Positions 51,149 through 62,816 of a stretch of 64,000 nt of DNA are shown here, piece by piece. The translations under genes and the position numbers were made by a program. Each line of letters starts with the position of its first letter. The first letter of the stretch is position 1. Source of the stretch: Prochlorococcus sp. AG-363-G03. Its GTDB lineage: Bacteria; Cyanobacteriota; Cyanobacteriia; PCC-6307; Cyanobiaceae. The stretch covers positions 36,415 to 100,414 of the forward strand of contig QCFJ01000001.1 of assembly GCA_003280265.1 (NCBI GenBank). The letters run 5' to 3'. The notes under the pieces are model-generated. The model had not been told where the DNA came from. It was given only the letters and a program-made list of their open reading frames with translations, and did no database searches.

Positions 51149-52816
51149 ATGAAATCAACTCCCCAAGACAAAACTAATTTAGATCAAATTTTAGAAGAAG
51201 AAGTAGCTATACCTTTAAGTACGGAGGTTGCTAAAAGAAGAAATTTTGCGATTATTTCCCACCCTGATGCAGGGAAAACCACTTTGACAGAAAAACTTTT
51301 ACTATATGGCGGAGCTATTCAACAAGCAGGAGCGGTAAAAGCTAGAGGAGAGCAGAGAAAAGTCACTTCTGACTGGATGGAGCTTGAAAAACAAAGAGGT
51401 ATATCAATTACATCAACTGTTTTACAATTTGCATATAAGGATAAGACTATTAATTTATTAGATACCCCTGGTCACCAAGATTTTTCGGAAGACACGTATA
51501 GGACACTTGCCGCTGCTGATAATGCTGTGATGCTTGAGGATGCAGCGAAAGGACTTGAACCTCAAACAAGAAAGCTTTTTGAGGTTTGCAGAATGCGTCA
51601 AATTCCAATTTTTACCTTTATCAATAAGATGGATAGGCCAGGTCAAGAACCGCTGGAATTATTAGATGAGATTGAGTCTGAATTAGGATTATCAACCTTT
51701 GCAGTCAATTGGCCAATAGGAAGTGGTGAGCTTTTTAGAGGTGTTGTTGAGCGTGCAACCAATGAGGTTGTTTTATTCTCTCGAGCGGAAAGAGGAAAGC
51801 AATCTAGTGAAATAAGGTTAAAAGTTAATGATCCCGAACTTAAAAATTTAGTAGAAGAAGAACTATTGACAAAAGCACTTGAAGAGATTGAGATACTTGA
51901 TGAGGCTGGTTCTGACCTAGATAAAGAATTAATATCATCTGGTGAATTAACTCCTGTATTTTTTGGATCTGCAATGACCAACTTCGGGGTTAGGCCGTTT
52001 TTAGATAATTTTCTTGAGCTATCTCAGGGACCCGTTGCTCGAAATAGCTTTGATGGACCAATCTCCCCTACAAGAGAATCATTTAGTGGATTTGTATTTA
52101 AATTACAAGCCAATATGGATCCAAAACATAGAGATAGAGTTGCCTTCGTTAGAGTATGTAGTGGGAGATTTAAAAAAGATATGACAGTTCAACACGCTAG
52201 GACGGGTAAACAAATCAGACTTTCAAGGCCCCAAAAGATTTTTGGTCAAGATAGGGCCGTTGTTGATGATGCTTACCCTGGGGATGTTATTGGTTTGAAT
52301 AATCCAGGGATGTTTTCTATTGGAGATACATTATTTATTGGATCTAGAGTTGAATTTGAGGGAATTCCTTGCTTTAGTCCCGAGATATTTAGCTGGCTAC
52401 GAAATCCAAATCCTTCAGCTTTTAAGAACTTTAGAAAAGGTGTTAATGAATTGAGAGAGGAGGGGGCAGTCCAAATTCTTTACGATAAAGATCAAAGCAA
52501 AAGAGATCCAATTTTGGCCGCAGTTGGTCAGCTTCAGCTTGAGGTTGTACAACATCGACTTGCTAGTGAATATGGAGTAGAAACTAGGCTTGAACCAATG
52601 GGTTTCCAAGTTGCTAGATGGGTAAAAGGGGGATGGCCTGTTTTAGAGGAGGTTGGTAGAATTTTTAATTGCAAAACTGTTCAGGATGCTTGGCTTAGAC
52701 CAGTACTGCTTTTTAAAAATGAATGGAATTTAAATCAGTTAAAGGAAGATCATCCTGAAATGGAATTAAATTCAGTTGCTCCGGTTGTCAGTGGTGTTGA
52801 TCCTGTTTCGCTTTAA
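51149..52816 (+). CDS. prfC: Peptide chain release factor 3
   Basis: [24 protein letters not shown] and [10 protein letters not shown] motifs. Confidence 0.97.
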   Translation: MKSTPQDKTNLDQILEEEVAIPLSTEVAKRRNFAIISHPDAGKTTLTEKLLLYGGAIQQAGAVKARGEQRKVTSDWMELEKQRGISITSTVLQFAYKDKTINLLDTPGHQDFSEDTYRTLAAADNAVMLEDAAKGLEPQTRKLFEVCRMRQIPIFTFINKMDRPGQEPLELLDEIESELGLSTFAVNWPIGSGELFRGVVERATNEVVLFSRAERGKQSSEIRLKVNDPELKNLVEEELLTKALEEIEILDEAGSDLDKELISSGELTPVFFGSAMTNFGVRPFLDNFLELSQGPVARNSFDGPISPTRESFSGFVFKLQANMDPKHRDRVAFVRVCSGRFKKDMTVQHARTGKQIRLSRPQKIFGQDRAVVDDAYPGDVIGLNNPGMFSIGDTLFIGSRVEFEGIPCFSPEIFSWLRNPNPSAFKNFRKGVNELREEGAVQILYDKDQSKRDPILAAVGQLQLEVVQHRLASEYGVETRLEPMGFQVARWVKGGWPVLEEVGRIFNCKTVQDAWLRPVLLFKNEWNLNQLKEDHPEMELNSVAPVVSGVDPVSL

Positions 52817-52871
52817 AATATATTAATATCTAATCTAATAACGAGAGTTCATAAATCTTTTTTGAAAATCT

Positions 52872-53561
52872 ATGGATCCTGGTACTAGTTCACAATCAAA
52901 TTCAAATTCACAAGATCCATATTTGATACTTGGAATAAATGAAGGTGCAAGTTTTGATGCTATTCAAGAAGCAAGGGACAAAAAGTTAATAGAGGCAGGA
53001 CAAGACGAAATCACTAAAGCAAAAATAGAAGCTGCTTACGATTCGTTGCTAATGGTAAGTCTTAAGTCAAGACAACTTGGTAATGCAAGTAACGAGGCAA
53101 TAACTGCATCAAAGAAAGAAAATGAAGCAAAGAAAGTTGGTGACATAGGACCTGGTTCTCTTCTCACTAGGTTGAAAAATTTCAATCTTCCTAAATATGA
53201 GGCGTCAACATCTAATTTTTTACCAAGCTTGGAGTTGCCCTCTGGACAAGAATTAAATATAAGAATTTCTTTTGGAATATTGGCTTTTTTACTTGTTTTA
53301 ATTGTGCCTTCTGAAAGTGTTGAATTAATACTTTCATTCTCAACAATAGGCTTATTCATTAGTCAGTCTCGCAGAGGTAGGCCTTTCTTTTCCTCTATCC
53401 TCTGGTGCATTCTTCTTCTTAGTATTGGACTTCTATCTGGTTCATTACTGTTGGGCGGTGCTGAATCATTTATTGACAACGCTGGATCATTGTCTTCAGA
53501 TAAATTTGAGGCGATACCCGCAGTATTTTTACTTTGGTTAGGAGTGATTTTCCTTGATTAA
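52872..53561 (+). CDS. CPP1-like (chaperone-like protein of POR) family
   Basis: DPY.ILG....ASFD.IQ.AR, IEAAYD.LLM motifs and C-terminal TM helices. Confidence 0.85.
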   Translation: MDPGTSSQSNSNSQDPYLILGINEGASFDAIQEARDKKLIEAGQDEITKAKIEAAYDSLLMVSLKSRQLGNASNEAITASKKENEAKKVGDIGPGSLLTRLKNFNLPKYEASTSNFLPSLELPSGQELNIRISFGILAFLLVLIVPSESVELILSFSTIGLFISQSRRGRPFFSSILWCILLLSIGLLSGSLLLGGAESFIDNAGSLSSDKFEAIPAVFLLWLGVIFLD

Positions 53562-53565
53562 TCAT

Positions 53566-54465
53566 CTAATCGATTAAAGATAACAATTCATCCTCGTTAA
53601 TAAGATAAATATTTTTGCAGAATTGACATGTAAGTTCTGCTTTCCCATCCTGTTTTATCATTTCCTGAAGCTCTTTTTTTCCCAATATCTTCAATGCTGA
53701 TAGGCTTCTTTCTCTTGAACATCTACATTTAAAATGAACTTCTTGAGATGTGCTAATAATATCTGAATGTGATTGATCAAGATCAGGAAAAATTTCTTCA
53801 AGTAGGGAAATAAGGTTTGTCCCTTCTTTGTTTAATAATTCACTAAAAGAGTTGATTTCTTTACATCTATCTTCGAGTAGGGCTATTAATGAATAGTCTC
53901 GTTCTGCTTTGGGTAGTATTTGCGCTAAAAGTCCTCCGCTACAAACTATTCCATCCTGATTAATTCTTTCTCCAACAAACACAGCTGATGGAGTTTGTTC
54001 AGAATGTAGTAAATAGGAAGCTATGTCTTCACCTATACCTCCATTAATTAATTCAACTGTGCTGTTGTGTGGTTCACCTTTACCATCATCTCTAATAACG
54101 TGAAGATAGCCAATGCCTGTAGCCTTTTTAAAATCAAATGTATATTGATTGCTTTTATTTTTAATTAGGTCTAATTCAAGACTTGGGTTGCCAACGTAAC
54201 CTCTCACGCTTCCATCTCTACCCGCATCAATAGTTAATCCTTTTAGTGGTCCATTTGAGCTTACCCTCAAAGTCACCCTTCCATGATTTACCTTCATTGA
54301 GCTTGCAAGTAAGAGGCTTGCACTCATGGCCCTACCTACAATTGCAGAAGTTAAATATGAAAGAGAATGTCTTTCTTTTGCTTCTTTTGTTGATTCAGTT
54401 GTTGATACGGCGACTAGCCTGATCCCTCCCTTTGCAGCAGTAGCTCTAACTAGTGAATCTGTCAT
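53566..54465 (-). CDS. hslO: Hsp33 redox-regulated chaperone
   Basis: Y...SEQTPS and CRC...CQFC zinc motifs. Confidence 0.94.
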   Translation of the reverse strand: MTDSLVRATAAKGGIRLVAVSTTESTKEAKERHSLSYLTSAIVGRAMSASLLLASSMKVNHGRVTLRVSSNGPLKGLTIDAGRDGSVRGYVGNPSLELDLIKNKSNQYTFDFKKATGIGYLHVIRDDGKGEPHNSTVELINGGIGEDIASYLLHSEQTPSAVFVGERINQDGIVCSGGLLAQILPKAERDYSLIALLEDRCKEINSFSELLNKEGTNLISLLEEIFPDLDQSHSDIISTSQEVHFKCRCSRERSLSALKILGKKELQEMIKQDGKAELTCQFCKNIYLINEDELLSLID

Positions 54466-54481
54466 TGATTAATTGAATTGT

Positions 54482-55108
54482 TTACTCAGGGATAAGTTGA
54501 CCATTGTGCAACTCATAATTTTCGGTATTCAAATTTTTAAAAAGTTCTGGTTCATGTGTAACTATTAGCATAGTTTGCTTGTTTTTAAGCTTTGCGAGTA
54601 ATTCTATAATTTCTTTTTTTACTGACCAATCTAAACCTGCTGTTGGCTCGTCCAATAAAAGTACTTTTGGACTCCTTAATAATTGAACAGCAATAGCTAG
54701 TCGGCGTTGTTGTCCTCCACTAAGAGATTCTGGCGGCTTCTTTAAATCTAAATTGATTAACCCCACTTTTGTGAGAGCTGAAATTTGTTCTTCTGTCGTT
54801 AACCTCTTATGACCAAGTCGTAATTCTTGAGCTACCGATAATCCAAGAAAATATCTTTCTGGAAATTGAAAAACTAATCCACATAACGACCTGCGCTGAC
54901 GTCCATTTAGAGTTTTGTTGAACCATGTTATTTCTCCTTTTTGATATCCCGATAGACCGCTAATGATTTCTACTAGTGTAGTTTTTCCACTTCCACTGGG
55001 TCCTCTAACTATTGTTATTTTTCCAGTATTTGATTTTAAACACAAATCTCTAAGGATTGGTTTCTCTGCTGTTGAGGGATGGTAATAAATATTTTTTAAA
55101 CAAAGCAT
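54482..55108 (-). CDS. ABC transporter ATP-binding protein (EcfA-like)
   Basis: GPSGSGKT, VFQFPE, LSGGQQRR and LLDEPTAGLD motifs. Confidence 0.9.
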   Translation of the reverse strand: MLCLKNIYYHPSTAEKPILRDLCLKSNTGKITIVRGPSGSGKTTLVEIISGLSGYQKGEITWFNKTLNGRQRRSLCGLVFQFPERYFLGLSVAQELRLGHKRLTTEEQISALTKVGLINLDLKKPPESLSGGQQRRLAIAVQLLRSPKVLLLDEPTAGLDWSVKKEIIELLAKLKNKQTMLIVTHEPELFKNLNTENYELHNGQLIPE

Positions 55109-55217
55109 TCTTTTTTATTGAGGTTTTGATCAATTAAATAAAGATTTTTTGATTTTCTTTAATCAATTTACATTAGATTATGTTTGATATCTTTTAGTTT
55201 TTCTTTTTTAAGATCTA

Positions 55218-55673
55218 TTGTTTATGGAAGTTCGATTTCGTGAAGTTGATCCTTTCAATTGTTGGATATGGCTTAGATATTCAGAGGTCCCAAGTAAGGG
55301 AGAAAAAGAATACGTTGATGGTATTTTTGATTCTTGGTATGTGCTAGGCAGACTTGGGGGATTTAATTCTGAAAATTTGCAAACGCATGAAATTGGTTCT
55401 GATGTCAGTTGGATGAGCTATGAAAATGAAGATACTTCTTCTAGTCTTCCATCATTAATGCATAATCTTGGAGAATTTGAATTTAAAGAGTGTTGGGCTA
55501 GATGTTGGGTCGATTTAGGTACTTCTGACCTCATCGCAATAGATGTTTTGATAAATGTACTAAAACAAATGGATGTTGATGTTGTGAAAATAGAGGAACT
55601 AATTATCGGAGGAGTAAATGAAGATTGGCCAGTAGAAGAACATCCTGATGCAATTTTTTCTTCAATAGATTAA
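55218..55673 (+). CDS. DUF3531 family protein
   Basis: FREVDPF..WIW, SWY.LGRLGGFN.ENLQ and DLGTSD motifs. Confidence 0.82.
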   Translation: MFMEVRFREVDPFNCWIWLRYSEVPSKGEKEYVDGIFDSWYVLGRLGGFNSENLQTHEIGSDVSWMSYENEDTSSSLPSLMHNLGEFEFKECWARCWVDLGTSDLIAIDVLINVLKQMDVDVVKIEELIIGGVNEDWPVEEHPDAIFSSID

Positions 55674-55679
55674 TTTTCT

Positions 55680-56444
55680 ATGGCTGAGAAAAGAAGATTA
55701 TTTATAAATCCAAATCGATTAAGTGATGAAATCGATTCAAATGGAGAGTTGACATTGACCTCCAATGAATCACATTATCTATCTAGGGTTATGAGGATGA
55801 GATCGGAAGATCTTTTAGAGGTTATTGATGGAAAAGGTCATCTTTGGAACGCAAAAATTGTTGAAAAAAAAACTATAAAACTTACTAATGGTTTTGATAA
55901 ACCTATTCAAGTCGTTTCAAGAGAGATTCCATTAATAGGCATTGCTGTAGTTATTCCTAAAAAAGGGTTTGAAAACTTTTTGCAAATGAGTTGTGAGATA
56001 GGTGTTGACATTATTCAACCATTATTTTCAAAACGATCAGTAGTTAAAGAATGCAATAACGAAAAATTTATTAGATTTCAAAAAATTATTCATGAAGCCG
56101 TTGAGCAATCTGAAAGACTCTGGAGTCCAGAACTAATGCAGGCATTGACATTTTCCCATTGGATAAATGATTTGCCTTCCGAAGCCCAAATCGGATTTGC
56201 CACAACACGCATTCAAAACTTACAAGATTGTGTGAATTGGTTAAAAGAAACACCCGATAAAGTTAATCAAGTTTGGGTGGTAGTTGGCCCAGAGGGAGGC
56301 TGGAATAAAGATGAAGAGGCATTAGCTTTTGAATCTGGCTTGTCTGGGGTGTCTATGGGAGAAACTATTTTGAGGACATCAACAGCTGCAGTAAGTGCCT
56401 GTCAGTTAATGACTTCATGGAGAAGAGTTAAATCATCCCTTTAA
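55680..56444 (+). CDS. rsmE: 16S rRNA m3U1498 methyltransferase
   Basis: HY..RVMR, EA.EQS.R, VGPEGG and ILRT.TA motifs. Confidence 0.92.
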   Translation: MAEKRRLFINPNRLSDEIDSNGELTLTSNESHYLSRVMRMRSEDLLEVIDGKGHLWNAKIVEKKTIKLTNGFDKPIQVVSREIPLIGIAVVIPKKGFENFLQMSCEIGVDIIQPLFSKRSVVKECNNEKFIRFQKIIHEAVEQSERLWSPELMQALTFSHWINDLPSEAQIGFATTRIQNLQDCVNWLKETPDKVNQVWVVVGPEGGWNKDEEALAFESGLSGVSMGETILRTSTAAVSACQLMTSWRRVKSSL

Positions 56445-56507
56445 GATTGAAAATTTTTGAACATAAAACCGTCTATTGTTTAGAAACAGGCATGCTGATT
56501 AGAAACT

Positions 56508-57251
56508 ATGGTCAACTTCTCTTTTATTAGCGGTATTTGGTTTAATGCTTTTTTGGTTAATTTCTTGTTGATATTTTTAGGACATAGGCTTCCATTTTTA
56601 ACTAAAAAAGGTTGGATTCATGCTGGAATACTTGGAACACTTTTATTAGGATCTGTTCGTTGGAATGGTTGGATATCAGTTTGTGTATATCTCTTGTTGG
56701 GAACTTTAGTTACAAAAATTGGATACAAAAATAAAGCTTCCCGAGGGATTGCTGAAGCAAGAGGTGGTCAACGTGGGCCTGAAAATGTATGGGGGTCTGC
56801 AGCTACAGGTTGCTCGCTCGCCTTATTAAGTTGTCTTTGGCCAAATTTTTTAAATTTATTCATGGTAGGTTTTGCTTCTAGTTTTAGTGCAAAACTTTCC
56901 GATACGTTTTCAAGTGAAATTGGCAAAAGATTTGGTAAAAGAACTTTTCTAATTACGACCTTAAAGCCTGTCTCACCAGGGACAGAAGGGGCAATAAGCA
57001 TCGAAGGTTCGATGGCAGGGTTGTTGGGAAGTCTTATCATGACCCTGGTTATGCTTAATCTATCCATCATTTCTGGATTATCTGTTGCTTTTATAGTTTT
57101 CTTATCTGGCTACTTGGCAACTTTTCTGGAGAGTTATATTGGAGCAGTGGTACAAAATCAGATTGATTGGATGACTAATGAATTAGTTAACTCTATACAA
57201 ACATCTATAGCAGCTATTATTTCTATCTTTTTGTACTTGAATTTTGTTTAA
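56508..57251 (+). CDS. TIGR00297/DUF92 membrane protein (VTE6-like)
   Basis: RGPENVWGS, DTFSSEIG, PGTEGA.S.EG and ES.IGA motifs. Confidence 0.88.
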   Translation: MVNFSFISGIWFNAFLVNFLLIFLGHRLPFLTKKGWIHAGILGTLLLGSVRWNGWISVCVYLLLGTLVTKIGYKNKASRGIAEARGGQRGPENVWGSAATGCSLALLSCLWPNFLNLFMVGFASSFSAKLSDTFSSEIGKRFGKRTFLITTLKPVSPGTEGAISIEGSMAGLLGSLIMTLVMLNLSIISGLSVAFIVFLSGYLATFLESYIGAVVQNQIDWMTNELVNSIQTSIAAIISIFLYLNFV

Positions 57252-57255
57252 ATAT

Positions 57256-57903
57256 TCATCTTAAATCAGCCCAACTCTTTAATGCTGGCCATTCACTAAT
57301 TTGTTCGTAAATCCATTTATGACCCTTAGTATTTAGATGTATTCCGTCTGATGAGAGTAGTTCTTTATAAGAAAACAACTTAATCATTTTTTCATGAATA
57401 GATAAAAATGGGACATTTAATTCTAAGCAAGTTTCTTCAATTTTATTTTCATACTTAGAACAAGCTTGGTTTGAATACCAAAGACATTCTGCAAAAGGCA
57501 TTGAGTCTTCATTAACAGGTGTTAATCCAGTAACCATTATATGTACTTCATTCTTAATTTCGTTTACTAATTGTTTTAATCCAAATTTAAAAGCATCTTC
57601 GGAAAGTTGGGGTCTGCCATCTTTTCTTCCAATTCTAGCTGTATCATTTAATCCAATTGATAACAAAATACCTTCAGGAACTTTTCTCCTTAACTCTCCC
57701 CTTGTTGACCACTCATTCTTATATCTTATAGCAACTTTCTCTAATCCATCTCCTCTTACTCCAAGAGAATAAATGATAGGAGCACCATCTAAATTTAACC
57801 AGTTTTGTCTTAATCTCTCAGACCATCCCCCTCCCTCTAGATCTCCCCATCCGTAAACCCCACTATCTCCAATTATGATTAATTTTTTCTGATATTTATT
57901 CAT
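57256..57903 (-). CDS. SGNH/GDSL hydrolase
   Basis: GDS, GLND and DGIHLN motifs. Confidence 0.88.
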   Translation of the reverse strand: MNKYQKKLIIIGDSGVYGWGDLEGGGWSERLRQNWLNLDGAPIIYSLGVRGDGLEKVAIRYKNEWSTRGELRRKVPEGILLSIGLNDTARIGRKDGRPQLSEDAFKFGLKQLVNEIKNEVHIMVTGLTPVNEDSMPFAECLWYSNQACSKYENKIEETCLELNVPFLSIHEKMIKLFSYKELLSSDGIHLNTKGHKWIYEQISEWPALKSWADLR

Positions 57904-57927
57904 AAGTCGATATGTTGAATAAAATAA

Positions 57928-59481
57928 CTAACTAATGAAATTGTTGGTTGAATTCTTTAACCAATAATTTTGAGAAGTGTTAAATAAAAATTCTCCTGAC
58001 ATTGTTAATAAAGAGAAAGTAGCAGTTATTACAATGACTTGAGCCCAATCGAATGAGCTTAGTGATTCCTGTAATTGCCACCCTAATCCTACTCCTCCAA
58101 CTGCACCTATAATTGCTGTTTCCTTTAGGATTACGTCACTTCTATATGCTCCATAAGCTAAGTAACTATTACTTTGGGGGGCTAATATTCCATAAAGTGT
58201 TGCTGATTTCTTTTTTGATCCATTGCTTTTAATTGCTCGATAAATACTTTTTTCTTGATTTAATATGTTATCTGTAAGTAATTTTCCCATGACACCCATA
58301 TGTGTAATTCCTAGTGATAATCCGGCTACAGATATATTAGGATTAGTAAAAAGAAGAATAAGTATAGTGGTCAATGGCGGAGGTATCAATCTAAACAAGA
58401 TCCAAACAAGATTTTGAAGTCTTAGAGAGAATTTACCTGGTAATAATACTAGTAAAAGTGGAGGTGTCCCTATTGCAATCCCAGACGCTAAAAAAGTTAT
58501 TAAAATTGTTGTAATGATTAGTTTAAACAGAGGTAAGGTATTAAATCCATTTCTTATTTCTATGAATGAAGGTAAATTTAAATACGAAAAGCTTAATGGA
58601 GTAAATATCTCAAAATTTAGATTATAAAGCCAACTAATACCTAAAGATAGAAATAGTGAAAATATTGAGATTGTAATTAATAAAGAATTCTTCAAAATAA
58701 TATTTTTAGATATATAACTTCTTAAAAACCTTATAAATTTTTCTAATAAAATTATTACTAACCAAAGCATCCACAAACAAGTCCACATTTCATTGAACTC
58801 AAAGGACTTTAAGGTTAAATATAGTTCTGTTCCTATACCTCCTAATCCAAATATTCCAAGTAATGTTACACCTCTAATTGCACATTCAAATCTGTAACTT
58901 CCATATGTAGATACTATAGGTATTAACTTTGGTACTAGAATAGTTATAAATGAGCTCATAAAATTAGATCCTGTTTGCTTAATTGCTACTAGAGGTTCTA
59001 TGTCAAAACTATCTAGTTGCTCTGAAATTACTCTTGCTGTTAAGGCTGAATAGGGAATGACTATAGATATAATTGCCACCCAAATATTCAAACCTAAAAT
59101 TTGTATAAATAGCAAGCCCCAAACTACTTCATGTATTGATCTTGGAATCGCTAATGAGTATTTTATGAATTTACCTAAATAAGAAAATTTAGGAATACTT
59201 TTCCAAAATAAATCTGTAGATAGTACACCTAAAAGAATTCCAATAAGCATACTGATAACCCAGCTAGTAAAAGCAGTAGCAATTGTTATTTGAAGTCCTT
59301 CCCATGCGCTTTTAACTACTTCTTGATTGAACGATGGCTTTATTGCTGATCTTATGAAGAGAAATATGATATTTAGACCCCCCAAATGAAATCCTTTGAT
59401 GATTTCTATTAGAATGGGAATGTAGGCTATTGATGGGATTAATGTTAATAAAGTTGATACTGGTTTTATTAATTTCATCAT
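57928..59481 (-). CDS. phnE: Phosphonate/phosphite ABC transporter permease (two-domain PhnE)
   Basis: RSI.E..W, YRFE..IR, LG..G.GGIG and G.VG..GLG motifs. Confidence 0.88.
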   Translation of the reverse strand: MMKLIKPVSTLLTLIPSIAYIPILIEIIKGFHLGGLNIIFLFIRSAIKPSFNQEVVKSAWEGLQITIATAFTSWVISMLIGILLGVLSTDLFWKSIPKFSYLGKFIKYSLAIPRSIHEVVWGLLFIQILGLNIWVAIISIVIPYSALTARVISEQLDSFDIEPLVAIKQTGSNFMSSFITILVPKLIPIVSTYGSYRFECAIRGVTLLGIFGLGGIGTELYLTLKSFEFNEMWTCLWMLWLVIILLEKFIRFLRSYISKNIILKNSLLITISIFSLFLSLGISWLYNLNFEIFTPLSFSYLNLPSFIEIRNGFNTLPLFKLIITTILITFLASGIAIGTPPLLLVLLPGKFSLRLQNLVWILFRLIPPPLTTILILLFTNPNISVAGLSLGITHMGVMGKLLTDNILNQEKSIYRAIKSNGSKKKSATLYGILAPQSNSYLAYGAYRSDVILKETAIIGAVGGVGLGWQLQESLSSFDWAQVIVITATFSLLTMSGEFLFNTSQNYWLKNSTNNFIS

Positions 59482-59484
59482 GAA

Positions 59485-60219
59485 TTAAAATAGACAATCA
59501 AACTCTGATTGATTAATATTATGAATTTCTCTATCTATTACAATCTCTCCATCTTTTAACGCAATAACTCTATTGAAATTATTTATTAAATTTATTTGGT
59601 GAAGACTTATAAGTATGGTTTCAGGGATTTTAATTCTAAGATAATTTTTTTGATTGATAAATAAATTTAAGATATTTTTTGATAATAGAGGGTCTAAATT
59701 CGCGAAAGGTTCGTCTCCAAGAAGAATCTCTGGTTCTTGTCTTAAAAGACGCGCAATTGCGATTCTTTTTTTTTCCCCACCAGAAAGTTTATTTATATAG
59801 GAATAAATAGTTTCTTTAGGCAGAGAGACTGCTGCTAAGCACTCTTGGCATAAACCTTTATCTAAGACTCCTAGGAGATTTTTTAAAGCCCATATGAAAT
59901 TGTGTTTACCTAGTGCACCGCAGTTTATATTCTGTGCGACATTTAGCTCTTCTATCAAAGATAAATCCTGCCATATAGTTCCTATTTTTGACGACTCAAT
60001 ATTTGAGATACTGTTAATGTGAGAACCTTTCCATATTACATCCCCTTCATTTGGGATTAGTGATCCATTCGCGATCGAGATTAATGTACTTTTGCCAGAG
60101 CCACTCTTGCCAATAAGCGCTATCTTCTCACCTTGATTTATTGTTAAATTAATATCTTTTAATCTAATAATTCCTTTTCTGCTATAGATTATATTCTTTA
60201 ATTCTAGTAACTTAGTCAC
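59485..60219 (-). CDS. phnC: Phosphonate ABC transporter ATP-binding protein
   Basis: GKSGSGKST, LSGGEKKR and DEP..NLDP motifs; operon context. Confidence 0.87.
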   Translation of the reverse strand: MTKLLELKNIIYSRKGIIRLKDINLTINQGEKIALIGKSGSGKSTLISIANGSLIPNEGDVIWKGSHINSISNIESSKIGTIWQDLSLIEELNVAQNINCGALGKHNFIWALKNLLGVLDKGLCQECLAAVSLPKETIYSYINKLSGGEKKRIAIARLLRQEPEILLGDEPFANLDPLLSKNILNLFINQKNYLRIKIPETILISLHQINLINNFNRVIALKDGEIVIDREIHNINQSEFDCLF

Positions 60220-61127
60220 TTAATCTTTCCAATTTTTCTACCTATCTTTTCTATTTTATTATAGTTCTCGTTTTTTGATATTATAAATTTCTTTGCGTTA
60301 AATAATTCGAGAATTTGCTTTTGTTTTTTAGACTTTTCATTGAAACCTAAAAATACATTTGTAAGGTCTTTCGTAAAACCTCTTTTGAACTTTTTATCTA
60401 GGTTTATTTGAGCAAGCCAATGATAATTATGATAAGAAGGAGTCTTCCAAATTAAAATGACTTTTGAGGGATCCACGCGTCCTCTCTCAAGATTACTCTT
60501 CCACACTGCTTCGCTAAGGGCACCTGCCTCATATGAACCACTTTGCACGAGCATTAATGTTGCATCGTGGCTACCACTAAAGCCAGGGCTTCTGCCTTTG
60601 AAATCTTTAAGCTGAACTCCTGCTTCGTTTAAAAAATATTGTGGCATCAATCTTCCTGATGTTGAACTTTCAGAGCCGAAAGTAAAACGCTTGCCTTTTA
60701 GTGTTTTTAAGTCATTTATGTTATTTATTTTTTTGATTGAACTTTTCTTGTTTGCAATAAAAACACTACGGAATTTTTCATCAATATCTCTTTGTGCTAT
60801 TACCTTGGATCCTTTGCTTTGAAGTCTTGCTTGTACACCCGTTAAAGCACCAAACCATACTAAATCTAAATTCCCGGTCCTAAAAGCTGTTACAGCTGCA
60901 GCATAATTAGTAACTGGTTTATAACGGACTTGAACATTGAGCTGCTCGCTTAATTCAGAGGATAATACTTTATATAAACGATTCAGGTGCTCTGGGTTTT
61001 GATCTGGTATTGCCCCAATGCGAAGTATTTCCTCTGCTTTTAAAAAACTAATATTAGATAAATTAAGTATTGATAAAATAGCAATACTTATTTTCGTGAA
61101 CTTTATTTTTCTTGCCGCTTGATTCAT
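60216..61127 (-). CDS. phnD: Phosphonate/phosphite (putative selenate-type) ABC substrate-binding protein
   Basis: AIPDQ, FG..SSTSG.LMP and SGSHDA motifs. Confidence 0.88.
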   Translation of the reverse strand: MNQAARKIKFTKISIAILSILNLSNISFLKAEEILRIGAIPDQNPEHLNRLYKVLSSELSEQLNVQVRYKPVTNYAAAVTAFRTGNLDLVWFGALTGVQARLQSKGSKVIAQRDIDEKFRSVFIANKKSSIKKINNINDLKTLKGKRFTFGSESSTSGRLMPQYFLNEAGVQLKDFKGRSPGFSGSHDATLMLVQSGSYEAGALSEAVWKSNLERGRVDPSKVILIWKTPSYHNYHWLAQINLDKKFKRGFTKDLTNVFLGFNEKSKKQKQILELFNAKKFIISKNENYNKIEKIGRKIGKIK

Positions 61128-61132
61128 TTTAT

Positions 61133-62311
61133 TTAAAAATCATTTAATAGTTTTTCTAACCTGTCAACTCCATCTTTGATCACTTCGTCTGAAGAAGCAT
61201 ATGAAATTCTTATGCATTTGTCGTCTCCGAAAGCAATCCCTGGAACTATCGCTAGGCCAACCTTCTCTAGCGCCAATTTACAGAAACTTATTGAATCTAT
61301 TTCCTCTATCTTAATTTCTGGGAAAACATAGAAGGCTCCAGTAGGAGGGACAAAAGAAATATTTTTTATTTTTTTTAGTCTTTCTGTTATCAATAACCTC
61401 CTTTTGTTATAAATTTCTGCCATTTCATGAACGCAATCTTTTGAGCCCTGAAGTGCAGCAATAGCTCCTTTTTGAGCAAAACTACATACATTGCTTGTAC
61501 TTTGACTTTGTAAAGCAATGGCTTTCTTTATTACCTCTGTATTTCCTGTTAGGTATCCAATCCTCCAGCCAGTCATTGCCCAAGCCTTGGCAAAACCGTT
61601 GACTGTGAAAATTCTATTTTTTAAATCTGGTGCTATTTTTGCGAAACTGTGATGAACTTGATTTGGAGAAATAAGAAATTCATAGATTTCATCACTCATT
61701 AAAAAAATTCTAGGATGTCTTCTTAAAAACTCAGAAATAATATTCATTTCTTGCTCGGTTAAAACGCAGCCTGTTGGATTACTTGGAGAATTAATAATTA
61801 ATAACCTTGTTTTTTCAGTTACGTTTTCTTCTAGAGAATTGATATCTATTTTGAAATTATCTTTAGTTGAAGATTTAATTTTAATTGGCTTGGCACCAGC
61901 TAAAAGGGTTATCTCTGGATAACTAAGCCAATATGGTGCAGGTATAAGGACTTCATCTCCAGGATTAAGTACTACTTGAAATAAATTGTATATTGCTTGT
62001 TTCCCTCCATTTGTTACCAAAACATTGTCTATTTTTGTGGGAACTTTATTAATATCTGATTGCTTTTGGGCAATGGCTTCTCTTAATTCTGGATCTCCAG
62101 CAGCAGGTCCGTAACGAGTTTTTCCATCTTTTAATGCTTTTAAAGTGGCATCGATAATAAATTCTGGGGTATCGAAATCAGGTTCTCCAGCGCTTAAACT
62201 GCAAATGTTTTTTCCTTCAGCTTTTAAAGCTTTAGCTTTTGCGCTGATCTCAAGTGTTAGAGAAGGTTTTATTGAGAGAGCTCTTTTAGATATCTGTGAT
62301 TTTTCAGTCAT
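61133..62311 (-). CDS. PLP-dependent aspartate aminotransferase (class I)
   Basis: AGEPDF, NSPSNPTG, DEIYE and AKAWAMTGWRIG motifs. Confidence 0.92.
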   Translation of the reverse strand: MTEKSQISKRALSIKPSLTLEISAKAKALKAEGKNICSLSAGEPDFDTPEFIIDATLKALKDGKTRYGPAAGDPELREAIAQKQSDINKVPTKIDNVLVTNGGKQAIYNLFQVVLNPGDEVLIPAPYWLSYPEITLLAGAKPIKIKSSTKDNFKIDINSLEENVTEKTRLLIINSPSNPTGCVLTEQEMNIISEFLRRHPRIFLMSDEIYEFLISPNQVHHSFAKIAPDLKNRIFTVNGFAKAWAMTGWRIGYLTGNTEVIKKAIALQSQSTSNVCSFAQKGAIAALQGSKDCVHEMAEIYNKRRLLITERLKKIKNISFVPPTGAFYVFPEIKIEEIDSISFCKLALEKVGLAIVPGIAFGDDKCIRISYASSDEVIKDGVDRLEKLLNDF

Positions 62312-62402
62312 CTTCGAAGCATAACTTCAAAATGTATTTCTTAGATTCACTTTTAAAGTGAATTGATGTAATTACAAATTTACTACTTAATTAGATACTT
62401 GC

Positions 62403-62816
62403 ATGCCTTTGATGAACATAAACTTTGTAATCGCTTCTAAAAACCCAAAAGAATTGTCTGGATTTTATGCCAAGATCAACTCTGACAAGGTGAATAAAGG
62501 TTTCAATGAAACTCATTATTTTATTTCATTAAGTAATCGATCCAAAATACATTTTTATCTACCTAATGAAAATCACGAATGGCAAAGGAAAGGAAACTCA
62601 ACTTCACTGTGTTTTCAACGCGAACCTTGTGAAGATCCATCAAAAATCATAGAAAGCTGGACATCTGAGATCTTGAAAATAGGAGGTAGTGCTAAGGGAA
62701 TCCCAAAATTGTCAAACTTTGGTTCTGAGCAATGGATGCTTGATCCAGAAAAAAATCAATTCTTAATTTTGGTGCCATATCTTTCAAGTAGATCAGATAT
62801 GGAGGCTTTAATTTGA
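62403..62816 (+). CDS. VOC/glyoxalase-like protein
   Basis: ...FY..., FG....LDPE.N pattern. Confidence 0.7.
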   Translation: MPLMNINFVIASKNPKELSGFYAKINSDKVNKGFNETHYFISLSNRSKIHFYLPNENHEWQRKGNSTSLCFQREPCEDPSKIIESWTSEILKIGGSAKGIPKLSNFGSEQWMLDPEKNQFLILVPYLSSRSDMEALI